In this document: piece after piece, positions 37,301 through 47,901 of the stretch | How the letters are laid out: each line of letters starts with the position of its first letter | Numbering within the stretch: the first letter of the stretch is position 1 | Origin: Botryllus schlosseri | Taxonomy: Eukaryota | Reading direction: 5' to 3' | Length of the DNA stretch: 64,000 nucleotides | Assembly: GCA_051294905.1 (NCBI GenBank) | Contig: CM119375.1 | Span: 992,001-1,056,000, forward strand | Program-made: the position numbers and the translations under genes | Notes under the pieces: model-generated | Told to the model about the DNA's origin: nothing | The model's input: the letters and a program-made list of their open reading frames with translations, nothing else | Database searches by the model: none

Positions 37301-40300
37301 AATCGCAGCTAAACTTACCTTTTTCCCGTGATTCCGCTCTTGGTGCATAAAGTCATCAACGAATTCCACAGTTGACGCAGGAATGTCGCAGAGAACGCCA
37401 AAGTGCGTAGTAACCTAAAGTATTGCTTTTGTTAACACGAGCACAAGGTTACCAGCCAATTCAGCACTTGGCGAACACCAATCCTAACCCACTCCTACCC
37501 TAGCCCCTGAGGCCCTGACTAGGGCTGAGTGCTTCTATTCTGAATCGCATATTAGGCCTTGAGACAAGTATTAATCATTATGACGCCACATAATAGGGTG
37601 GAGTGAAAAATGGAAAATTTTGAATTTTAAAACGGACACTTGATATGTGGTGCCAAATTTAAAAAAAATAATTTCTATAATAATTTTGGGCTCGTGCACC
37701 CTCTAGTGGTCGTGCAATTGCACCGAACGAGCCAAAAATAGCTAATTTTGCTATATATTGACGACCGCTTCCTCTAGAAAGCTGATTTTGGCCTCAAAAG
37801 ATGCGGAAGCAACAAGTTTCTATCTCACTTCCACAGAACTTTGTCTTAAAAATGAACAGAAAAAAAGTTACGAGGAAATTATTGATTTTTAGACCATTTT
37901 TCAGTAAAATTAGGCACTGAAGCAGGGTACGAGGCCAAAAGCGTGTAGTGATCGATCTTATGACTGACAACTCCATATTGGAAACACATAAATTGTTAAT
38001 TCATATTGAAAACACAAAACCATCAATTCCATATTGAAAAAGATATATTTCGAAGATGATTTCACTACCAGAGTATCAGTCTGCACAAACTTTGAAATCT
38101 TGTTTTGTATTAAAAGATTTCATCTGTTTTTGAGACTTCAGTTTTTCTCTGATTAAGTCATCTCTACGTTTAAATCCCGACACATGGGCAGATGCTTTGG
38201 TCACCACTTTAACGTCTCTTTCCACTGCCTGGTTGTGCCAAGGATGTTTGAGGAGATGACCTTAGATTTTCCATCTCGAGATATGGTGAGTTTTTGATTG
38301 CTGGTGGCTGTTCCATATCTTTTAGATTCAAGTTGACAATTTAGTGGTATGATTTGGCCTTGATGTTTATAATTGGGATTTTAAACAATCTGATTCTAGT
38401 GTCAATGTTGTTTTTAGGTTTCGTTTCATTAACATATCCTCCTTCAAAGTCATTAATTGGAATCTGGTATTCTGTTTGATCTGCTCATAGTTGTAATCTT
38501 GCAAGTCTTCCGAGGCCTTCATCATCATCGCCGAGCATTCCCAAAAGACATTATCCGGATGTGCAAAATATGCTTTTCCTTGTAGCAAAGGTAATGCAAG
38601 GTTGCGAATTCGTGTATCAGAAATCTTTGTAATATGGGAAACTATGTTGCAGAAGTTTTTAGCACCATCAACAATGGAATTGTGCCTTTTTTTTTCAAAC
38701 CATGACGGAAAATAAAACTCCATGCAGAATTAAGCAAGATAGTTCAGATTGCTTGATGGATGACTCTGTCGCACATGTATGCTATCATTGCTATGTATAG
38801 AACCTCAAAAAATCAGGAAATCTGAACTATCTTACTCAATTCTGCATGGAGGTTTATTTTCCGTCATGGTTTGAAATAAAAAGGTACAATTATGGATGAC
38901 TCAGTCCCACATAGAACATGCCGAATTTTTAGTTTCTATGTGCGACAAAGTCATCCATCAAGCAATCTGAGCTATCTTGCTCAATTCTGCATTGAGGTTT
39001 ATTTTCCGTCATGGTTTGAAATAAAAAGGCACAATTCCATTGTTGATGGTGCTAAAAACTTCTGCAACAGTTTCCCATGTTACAAAAGCTTTCTAATACA
39101 CAATTCGTAACCTTGCACTATCTTTGCTACAACAAAAGGCATGTTTTGCACATCTGTGAATGCTCGGTGATGATGATGAAGGCCTCAGAAGACTTGCAAG
39201 TCTATAACTATGAGCAGATCAAACAGAATATCAGATTCCAATCGGCGACTTAGAAGGAGGATGTGTTAATGAACCGAAACCTAAAAACAGCGTTGACACT
39301 AGAATCAGATTGTTCAAAATCCCAATTATAAGCATCAAGGCCAACACCAAATTGTCAACTTGCATCTAAAAGATGCGGAACATCCACCAGCAATCAAAAG
39401 CTTTTCATATCTTGAGCAGAAAAATCTAAGGTCATCACCATTAAGGATCAATCATCCTTGGCACAACCAGGAAGTGGAAAGAGACGTTAAAGTGGTGACC
39501 GAAGCATATGCCCATTGCTCATGTGTCGGGATTTGAATGTAGTGATGGCCTCATCACACAAAGACTGAAATCTCGAAAGCAGATGAAATCCTTTATTACG
39601 AAACAAGATTTTAAAGTTTGTGCATACTAATACTCTGGAAGTGAATCCATCTTCGAAATATATCTTTTTTCGATATAGAATTGATGTTTTTGTGTTTTCA
39701 ATATGGATTTGCAATTTATGTGCTTTTAATATGGAGTTGTCAGTCATAAGATCAATCACTACAAGCTTTTGGCATCATAGCCACTGCTTCAGTGCCTAAT
39801 TTTACCTAAAAACATCCTAAAAATCAATAATTTGCTTGTAACTTTTTTTCTGTCCATTTTTAAGACAAAAGTTCTGTGGAAGTGAGATAGAAACTTGTTG
39901 CTTCCGCATCTTTTAAGAACAAAATCAGCTTTCTAGCATAAGCGGTAATCAATATATAGCGAAATTAGCTATTTTTGGCTCGTTCGGTGCAATTGCACGA
40001 CCACTAGAGGGTGCACGAGCCCAAAATTATTATAGAAATTATTTTTTTTAAATTTGGCACCACATATCAAGTGTCCGTTTTGAAATTCAAAATTTTCCAT
40101 TTTTCACTCCACCCTAGCCACATAACATGAACAGCGTGGAAAGTTTAAATACGGTATGCATCTTCCATGCAACCACAAAGAGTAAAATTGCCAGTTTTAC
40201 AGCATATTGGAGATAATTTGGTATTTTTTTCGATCATACCCATTTCCTTGTACTGTGTGACAAAGTCATTTCCACTGGATTTATTTACAGAAAAAAACGA

Positions 40301-43300
40301 TGCTCAACAAATTTGGCTCAATTCCAACCCGTGGAAGCGAAATTATTGACGTTCACAATTTAAGATCTCTAATCATAGTATTTACGGTGGGTAGATCTGT
40401 AATAAATAACGAAAGAATTTGACACCTTATATACTATTTTTTCCAAATCCAAATTTGGAATTGGGCCAAAATTGGGGTGCAGTATTTTTTTATGTAACCC
40501 AACAATTTTATCAGGTATCCAGTAAAATTTGAAAAAAAAGTTATTTTTAACAGCCCTAGTGTGTAGCTTTTTACAAAATGTTTCGTATGGTGCGATAATG
40601 GATAATCAGGGTTTACAGCCTTTCGCAGTGGAGAATAGTGACATAACTATCATTTTTGTTGGTAAATACACTGCAGTAAGCAGCAATAAACGTGTAATTT
40701 CACTGGTAACCAAGCAGAAAAATAATATTAACACATAGTCTCACTTGTTTTTCTGAACATTCACTTTTTTCACGGTGATCAAGTGATCACAAATGGCGCA
40801 AATCGAGTCCAGCGTTTCGTTCGTGTGCGACTCGTAAATTCTTCTGTCCACGACAAAGTCGACAAACAGTTCCGACGACAGGACAGACTCGCTGTCCCGG
40901 ACAAGCTCTGACGTCGACACGCGGCCTTCCTGCGCAAAGAAAATTGCATGTAGTGGAAAATGATGTTTGTAACTCAGACTTGCGAAACTACTGAATTTTC
41001 AAATTACGCAACTACAACTAGAACTACTCGCATTTCAAAAGTCTCGACTAGAACTAGAATTAGAACCACTTAATTTTGCAGAACTCGCAACTAAAACTAC
41101 ATATACTCACTTTTTACAACTACAACTAGAATTAGAACTACTCACTTTTCAAAGCTCGCAACTAGAACTACTCATATTGCTAAAGTCACAACTAGAACTA
41201 GAGGTAACTACTTGATTGTATAACTCGAAACTATGGCTATTTAACTAAGACTATTCACTTTTCAAGCCCCACAACTAAAACTAAAACTTAAGTCTTTTAA
41301 AAATTAGCAACCTTTCCCTTGTTCATTTTATTTCATCGGAATTGGACCGCCTTTCCACATAAACATCAGTACAAGTTAGAAATGGGAGTGGTTTTGACCC
41401 TCAAAACCATCCCCTGGCTACGCCACTGTTCATAGTGATGACTCTAAGCTAGCAATGACTGCAAGGACATCACACAACAGAACATTGTCAACACGTGTTT
41501 TCTAGTTGATCTACAACTAATTTTGTTTTAAAATGCGCAACTAGCACTAGAACTACTCAAAAACCATTAGGTAGTTGACCATCAACTAACTAAATTTGCA
41601 GTGTGCACAAGTCTGTTGTCAACAAAACATGCCTGACCTCTGAATGCGAGAGCTGATACTCCATCTCTTCGGTTTCACTGTCGGAATCATCGTCGGAGTC
41701 GGGGTCTGAATTTGGCGGGGTCGGCAGATGAACCACGAAATATCGCACGCAACGCAAGTACTCCGAGAAGCAAGACAACGATGCAGATTCTGCAATCAGA
41801 GTTGAAAAGTTATCAAATTTTCAGTTTTCCAAATTAGACTAGAATTAGAATTAGAGCTACGGCACAATTGGTATTTGTCTGGGCTATAGTTCAAGAGAAT
41901 CCCACTGGGTAGTGCACTTTTAAAGAGTGTCACACACTCACACACACCACCACAAGCTTGAACAGATCACGACAAGGAAAGGTAAATTAAAAGACTAAAA
42001 CTGGGTTTTCCACTCTCCGTGGAACAACGGATTTGCTTTCTCAGAATCGCTTGGTATATCACTAAAACCAAGAAGACTTATTCTCATATCACTGTCAAAG
42101 TGACAAAGGCCTCTGTTACGGAAACAGATACTGTAATTTTATACTTCCTCGCGCGTTTAAACAAAGAGTTCCGGTCTCCGGTGGAAGGAATTGAAGATGC
42201 ATATACCGACTTGGCAATGCATGCCATGAACGCTCCATAAAGATGACATATTCAAACATAAAAACAACTGCATAAAAAATGCATAAAAATGTATTAAACG
42301 CCAGTATACAACAAGTATATACAGTGAATTTGTTAGTAGACTACAAATACGAGGTAACAATGTTCAGCGGCCTGCAGCATCTTTTATAGTCGAAATGCGG
42401 CTCGCTCTTCATGGGAAGTAGAGAGCCCATGGGGTGGACGGTAAAATTGAAAAAAATGAAAAAAATATTACAATTTATTTTACAATAAATAAAAAATTTT
42501 CAAACTCCTGCAGCTTCACATCTACCAGTTGAAATAGAGCAAAATTCGGTGCGCAACATTTTTTTAGCCGATCTAACAACTTTATCAAATAGCCGCAAAA
42601 ATTTAAAAAGAGTAATTTTGAACAATCCTATTGTCCATGTTTGTATGCAAATAGAGAAGTCACAGAACTCTGGTTTGAAGTAAATATTCATTACAATCTT
42701 TTCGTTTTCTGTGAAAATCGCGTTATAATGGTTTTGTTTCTGACGCACAGTTCATTTTGTGTACCAGTATTCTAACTAATGTAATATATTTATATTTTGT
42801 GACCAAGTGAAAATATGGGGTTAGCTGAAGGCTTGCAGAGTGGTGTAAAGGTTCGCCAGGATGGTCAAGGTCATGAATCACTAAATTGAAACGATCTGTC
42901 TATGATTCACAGCAAAAAGTAAACTTACCAAGTCTCGGGTGTACGATTCGCGATAACGATCCTAACATGGCAGGTAATCCCAGCTGACAGCTTTCCAAAA
43001 TTTCACGTGTGCATTTTACAAAGAGTTCCACGGGCAAACCGTGCATCCTTCCTAACGCCGGATGAACAAAGTAATAGAGTTGCGTGCTCGGGTGCCCGAG
43101 CACGACCTCGCGGACAAACGATTTCATGATCGAGTCTCGCATGAGACTTGTGGAAGTAACCTTTGAGCCTGTTACAGAAGATTAAAGACAACGGCGTTAG
43201 AGACCATTCAAAGTGTGTTGGATGCAGGGTTGTACTGAATCGAGTCATGATTTTTTGGTCACTCGACTTGAGTCATTTTTTCAAATGCGTAAAATGACTC

Positions 43301-46300
43301 GAGTAGAGCCAATTTGTGTGTTGACGCTACTTGTACTCGAGTCATTGTGCAGTGCATGACCCGAACCAAGTCACATGACTCGAGACTAGGACGGCCAAGA
43401 CAGACAATATGTAATTTCGAAGAATAGTTAAGTCACCACATTATGGTATTTCATGGAAAATAGGGCCAGAAACTGTTAGGACTGAGGAAAATTACAATAT
43501 TATGAATGTGAGCCACTCTATATTACTCTAGCAGTGTTGAAAAAAGCGGATTAAACCGAATTGAACTCAAAATTGAAGAGTGAACACTATGACTTGGACT
43601 CGAGTCACAACACTATGATTCGGACTCGACCCTCTACTCACTGACTTGGACTTGACTCGGTGGTGCATTGAAAATGACTCGATTTGACTTGAGTCAAAAC
43701 TATAAATTGAGATTGACTTGTGACTCGGAACCTTGCGACTTGGTTACAACCCTGGTTGGATGCATAGTAGCCTACAGTATACAATTGTATACCATTTTCA
43801 TATTGAAATAAACCTAGCTATTTTCGTCTGACACTCATCAGGAGCAACTAGTAGAGAATTCTAATGTTGTATAGCAAAATCCATCATCCTAGTTTGTGTA
43901 TTATCCAAAATAGTACATTGATACTACAATGTGTTTAACTGTAAGCCATCTGTTCGCCTTAAGTATTACAATTTTCACGCATATGTCATATTTTGAGATA
44001 CGGTTGTTGATGTACAATGTTCTTTTCAATTCTCTACTAGTTGCTGACGATTGCCCCTGACGAGTGTCAGCCAAAAATATTATTCAATTGCTATTGTATT
44101 AGCCATTCGCTTCCATCTTTCAACATTTACCTCCAATATTTGTGGCAAGAGTAATTGGACGGACAAGTAAACTGAGCAGAGTTTCAGCGAGTGGAGTCGG
44201 GGCTCTGACGTGGTCAAATTGCGGTTCGAGATCAAATGGCACTCTCGTAGAGAGAAGGTTTAAAATGCCTTTGAAGTAACCTGCAGAGAAAGAGAGAGAG
44301 TCGTTATTTTCATCATACCGAAATACAGATCAAACAGAAGGCAACAATGATAACACATGCACCGTGGGGCTGTTCGAAAATAACATTTTTTTTAAATTTT
44401 CCGAATACTTCATAAAATTACTCAATTGCACCCCATAGAGGTGGTGTAGTAATTGGAGGAAAAAAAATCTTTGGATTTGAAAAACAGCATTATTAATTAT
44501 AAAACTACTCACCGAAAATGCCGAATCTATACCCGATATTTCTAAGCTAGTTTGAAATTCAGCAATTCGTATTACATGTTTCGGAATTCAATCTCGTTAG
44601 TTGTATTTTAGTTAGTCAGTCGTGGATCTTTGAAGGTCGTTAGTTCTCGCTAGAGATTTGAAAAGCGAGTAGCTGTAGTTGTGAGTTTTGAAAAGTAACG
44701 ACCGGTAATTTTAGTTTTAGTTGACTATTTTGGAAGCAGAGTAGTTCTAGTCATGAGTTTTGAAAAGTGACTAATTCTAGTTCTTGTTGCGTATTTTGAA
44801 AAGTGAGTAGTTGTAGGTTGTAGTTGTGAGTTTTGAAAAGTAACTACCGGTAATTCCAGTTCTAGTCGAGTATTTTGAAAAATGAGTAGTTCTAGTTGGG
44901 TGTTTTGAAAAGTGAGTAGTTCTGGTTCTAGTTTTGAGTTTTAAAAAGTGACTAATCCAAGTTCTAGTTAGTTATTTTGAAATTCCACTAGTTTGTACAA
45001 GTCTGAGGTTTAGAAACAACTTGATCACAAACTCACCGATATCAATCAAATCATTCCACATTTTCAAAACGGAAGACCTGACGTCATCTTCCTTGTAATG
45101 GTGAGCTTTCTTCAACAGCTCAAGATCGGTGAGCGTTTCAACGATACGAAGCGGTATTGTAATATTAGACTCAGAGCCTGCCGATCCAATGCTCCTATAT
45201 AGAGAAAAAAATCAATAATCCAAGCGAGTAATTTCATAATCAAGTCCCGAAGTTACTTGCAAGACAGTTGTAAAACCTTCAAGGTCGCAGAGAGATTTTT
45301 ATCATCGCTGGAAATCCATTTTGTCTTCTCCTTGATGAGCTTTTTCCCAAACCAAATCTAGAAAATGAAAGTGTCCGAATATGACCAAACAGGTAGACTT
45401 TGAAAACAAAATAATTCCAGATGTCCAATCAGACTTATTAGAGCCAAATGCTGATAATCTAATTCTAATTTAATTTATGTAATGTTTCTTTACTCTCATT
45501 TCAATTCTAATCTAATTTCTGGTTTTCCTGAAAATGCTACAAGAGAACTGTACAGTACAAATCGAGCCAAGCTTGGTGTACGGACATTTGCCATTTTTGT
45601 GCTTATGATAACTTTGATTAGGCTCATATGAACTGGACTTTAAATTCGGAATTTAAATTAAATTTGCAAGTTCCGTAATTCTGAATTCTAATCTAATTTG
45701 GAAAAAACTGTGTAGCTACAATTCAAAATTAACTCTGGTTTGATATGAACTGAACTTCCAATTGCAATTGGAATTCTGAGTCTAATCTAATTTAATTTAG
45801 GATAACTGTGTAGCAGAGATGAGCGGATTTGAATTTTCTATGTCCTAATCCAATCCAAATCCAACACTTCAAATCCTACTCAAAGTGCTAATCCAGAAAT
45901 TTTGTATACATCAAGCCTAATCCTGATCCTAATCCGATATAAACTTGGAATTTCTCGTAAAAAGCCCACATCTTATGCCTATAATTAGGTAAAAAGAATA
46001 AAACGCAACAAGTGCTAAAGTAAATGAAGTAACTTTGGTAGGACGAAAAACCTCGTCGCCATCAGCCACAGAACATCAATCTCCCCAAATATCGGTTAAT
46101 CCAATCCTAATCCATTGCAACATCTAAAATCCTGATCGAATCCAAATCCGACAAAATTTCACAAATCCGGTTTTACCAAATGCTAATCCATGCTCGTGCT
46201 CATCCCTGCTGTGAAGCTATAATTCTAATTGCATTTTAACTTGAAGTTGAAAAATTTCGTGTAGTCAAACTCGGAAATAGGCATTGAAATAAAGCATCAC

Positions 46301-47363
46301 ACAAGAATACTAGCTAGGTAAAATGATGTTATGTGTAACCAAACGAATTAGCATACATTTCAACAAAGAAAACTTACTAACCAATCTCTCATCGTCTAAT
46401 TTGGGGCAATGAAAAAACATCAGTAATCTCAGATTTGACTTCATATTTTCCACGTTGAATTCCCCGGACGCGTTTTGGGCTACGTTAGAGTCAAATTCTG
46501 TGCGAAGTCGACGCTTCAGATGCTGTCGCGAGAGAAATGATCGCACAGACGCTTGGATGACTTGAGCGCCCCTCAATCGTTGACGAACGTCCTGGATGTT
46601 AGTAAGTTATTAACAAGCCGAAAATTGAAATCTTCAAATCAGACCTCTCTCTTTCGTCTTTCCTTCTGTGTGTTCCTAAGTAATTTTTCTTTGTCAAACG
46701 TGTTCTACAATGTAAAAAGCATTATAATGTGATAAATGATAGACTAGAGTGGTTTCTTGACCTTTCAGGAGGCCGGATAAAACTTGAAGGGGTAATGCAC
46801 TCTAAAAATCATGTGGTCTCAAATTGAAGGGTAAAACGAAAAAAAATCTGGCCGCAGCCAATTGCTTCAGAACGCCACCGTAATGAAGCTGCAATTTAAT
46901 GAAATTTCCTCAAAAACTTCAGGCTCCAGCAGTCACACAGAAATCAAACTTTATATAGTTGTCAGTCGATGTTATGAAGGAAATATGTCGAAATATCCTG
47001 ACTGAACATTTTCCGTTGAACGCTGTATCAAGACCACCTTAGCGTGTACGACATATTTCCTTCATAACATCGGCTAACATATAAAGTTTGGGCAATAAAA
47101 ATTGTGTATATAGCTATCATTCTACTTATAATCTACGGTGATTTTGGAAAAGCTAAAATTTTCTATAGTTCTTAAGTTGTGGTTTATTCATAAAATTTTT
47201 CATTTCAAAACATCACAAGACTGCGATACAATGAAAGATATATAGGAAGATGCCCAAAAGTTGTCAACTCTGATGGAATAAGCATAACATACGGTACCTG
47301 TCTTCTTGCTCCACCAAGAGAGACGTTGGGAGTGGTGCGAAATTTTCCTTCGAAGCTATACAT
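19358..47363 (-). CDS. UBE3C: HECT E3 ubiquitin ligase UBE3C, 22 exons, about 1078 aa
   Basis: Exons 47363-47298 ([21 protein letters not shown]), 46704-46645, 46591-46382 (IQ motif), 45357-45257, 45194-45037, 44280-44131, 43168-42929, 41789-41638, 40929-40745, 37414-37319, 36304-36165, 31217-31085, 28146-28047, 27777-27609, 26570-26461, 25342-25189, 24935-24694, 24150-24026, 23435-23286, 21716-21520, 19921-19791, 19525-19358. They sum to 3237 nt in frame. HECT C-terminus [14 protein letters not shown]...[17 protein letters not shown]...GFELS* with catalytic Cys. Confidence 0.96.
20014..20859 (-). mobile_element. Internally deleted hAT element retaining the transposase C-terminal dimerisation region
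   Basis: ORF 20323-20544 reads [32 protein letters not shown] (hAT-type ER.FS motif). Ends approximate. An inverted ORF-less copy lies at about 21925-22350 and a related end at 15919. Confidence 0.75.
28498..30696. mobile_element. Non-autonomous Buster/Charlie-type hAT element
   Basis: TIR CAGGGGTTCTCA / TGAGAACCCCTG; TSD CGCTAGAC on both sides; GGGCCAC subterminal repeats; no transposase ORF seen. Confidence 0.9.
29300..30267. mobile_element. TA-flanked TIR element nested in the 28498-30696 hAT
   Basis: 25-bp TIR GGGGAGATG[T/C]GGTACCGATGGATCA with one mismatch; TA on both sides; superfamily not assigned. Confidence 0.75.
32031..34631 (+). CDS. Secreted short-collagen + F5/8 type C (discoidin) domain protein, 5 exons, about 238 aa, nested antisense in a UBE3C intron
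   Basis: Exons 32031-32250 (signal peptide; [17 protein letters not shown]), 32584-32622, 32728-32871 ([11 protein letters not shown]...AKYGRLD...AGAWCP), 33048-33214 (QWIQVDLG...VTQGRD..W.TTYKV), 34485-34631 ([12 protein letters not shown]...[19 protein letters not shown]); GT-AG, in phase, classic FA58C motifs. Confidence 0.9.
33376..33839. mobile_element. Palindromic hAT MITE, close relative of 6399-6834, in an intron of the nested gene
   Basis: Same TIR; TSD CTGTACAT on both sides. Confidence 0.92.
34979..35590. mobile_element. Long-arm palindromic hAT MITE (TAGGGTTGTTC subfamily)
   Basis: TIR TAGGGTTGTTCAAAAAT; TSD CTGTACAG on both sides; arms pair over most of the length. Degenerate relatives at about 9790-10400, 13550-14030, 16760-17060, 28300-31043, 33970-34300, 40180-40558, 42440-42630. 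Confidence 0.9.
37594..40116. mobile_element. 2.5-kb foldback DNA transposon: two inverted transposase 3' ends (hATm-like), 9-bp TSD
   Basis: Ends TAGGGTGGAGTGAAAAATGG / CCATTTTTCACTCCACCCTA; identical flanks GCCACATAA at 37585-37593 and 40117-40125. Arms of about 1.18 kb each carry broken ORFs [23 protein letters not shown] and [19 protein letters not shown]...RRDDLIR. Confidence 0.9.
40975..41300. repeat. AACTAGAACTAC-repeat MITE family sharing the CAGACTTG terminus
   Basis: Starts CAGACTTGCG. Copies at about 19100-19250, 21032-21400, 41440-41600, 44590-45005 (ends TACAAGTCTG), 49500-49620, 62140-62340. Confidence 0.75.
41960..42290 (+). mobile_element. Highly decayed Merlin/ISXO2-like transposase fragment
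   Basis: Across frameshifts: NWVF..LRGTT..FSE..W.Y..NQEDYSHITV...[10 protein letters not shown]...KDDIFK, resembling the ISXO2 pattern W.LPGTTI.SDCW.AY..L...GY.H.TVNH...LW..LK. Recognised from memory only. Confidence 0.4.
43225..43754. mobile_element. hAT MITE (GACTCGAGTC-repeat family, CAGGGTTGTA TIR)
   Basis: TIR CAGGGTTGTA / TACAACCCTG; TSD GTTGGATG on both sides. Other copies at 1-225, about 22676-23140, 27154-27590, 31305-31796, 32270-32533 (last two with 6-of-8 TSD match). Confidence 0.9.
43790..44090. mobile_element. Small inverted-repeat element (CTGACACTCGTCAGG / TAGTAGAGAATT family)
   Basis: Imperfect arms 43825-43860 versus 44025-44085; fragments at about 25530-25640, 37160-37220, 61170-61290. 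No TSD read. Confidence 0.55.
45814..46208. mobile_element. hAT MITE (AATCC-repeat family) nested in a CTAAT copy
   Basis: TIR CAGAGATGAGC / GCTCATCCCTG; TSD CTGTGTAG / CTGTGAAG. Relative at about 35900-36156. Confidence 0.8.
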
Positions 47364-47901
47364 CTTCCTGTGCTACCAGCGTTACTAGAATGTCAGAAAA
47401 TATGCGACAGGAATACGAATAAACTTCGACCAAACGAATCGTATTTTCTGGAACCAGAATTTAATGTTTATCAATAACAGCAAAGTCATACTACGTCATT
47501 CGATACGACTGACCGAATTTAATGAGTCATTACGATGAGATTTGAAATAAGATGCAATCAGGGTATCTACGCTGTAAATTGCGATGTTAAATATGTCACA
47601 AGTTCAAAATTAATGCTCAGAATCGTAAAATATACAAATAATTCGCTATTTATGGGTCGGTTATTTTATTATTTTATAACCGACCCATCGATATTAGGGC
47701 TACACTGAATTCGTTCGAAGAAGCCTGTAGTATGGCAAATATTCCCAGCTGTTTCTGACAAAAATGTTCACATTAGTATGTGGTATCGCAGCGATTATGT
47801 TCATAGACCAGTTTAGCAAGAGTAAAATTATTAGCATTTAATTCGTGAAATAACATTTCATTGTCAGCTATAATTTCATCGACAGACAACATATTGTGAA
47901 A
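47364..47901. promoter_or_regulatory. Probable bidirectional promoter region between UBE3C and TMED
   Basis: Divergent start codons 539 bp apart; TE-free; CRE-like TACGTCA near 47492. TSS not determinable. Confidence 0.55.

Noticed and set aside
44220-44235. GGTTCGA T-loop-like motif
   Set aside because: Lies antisense within a UBE3C exon with no cloverleaf; no tRNA was recognised anywhere.
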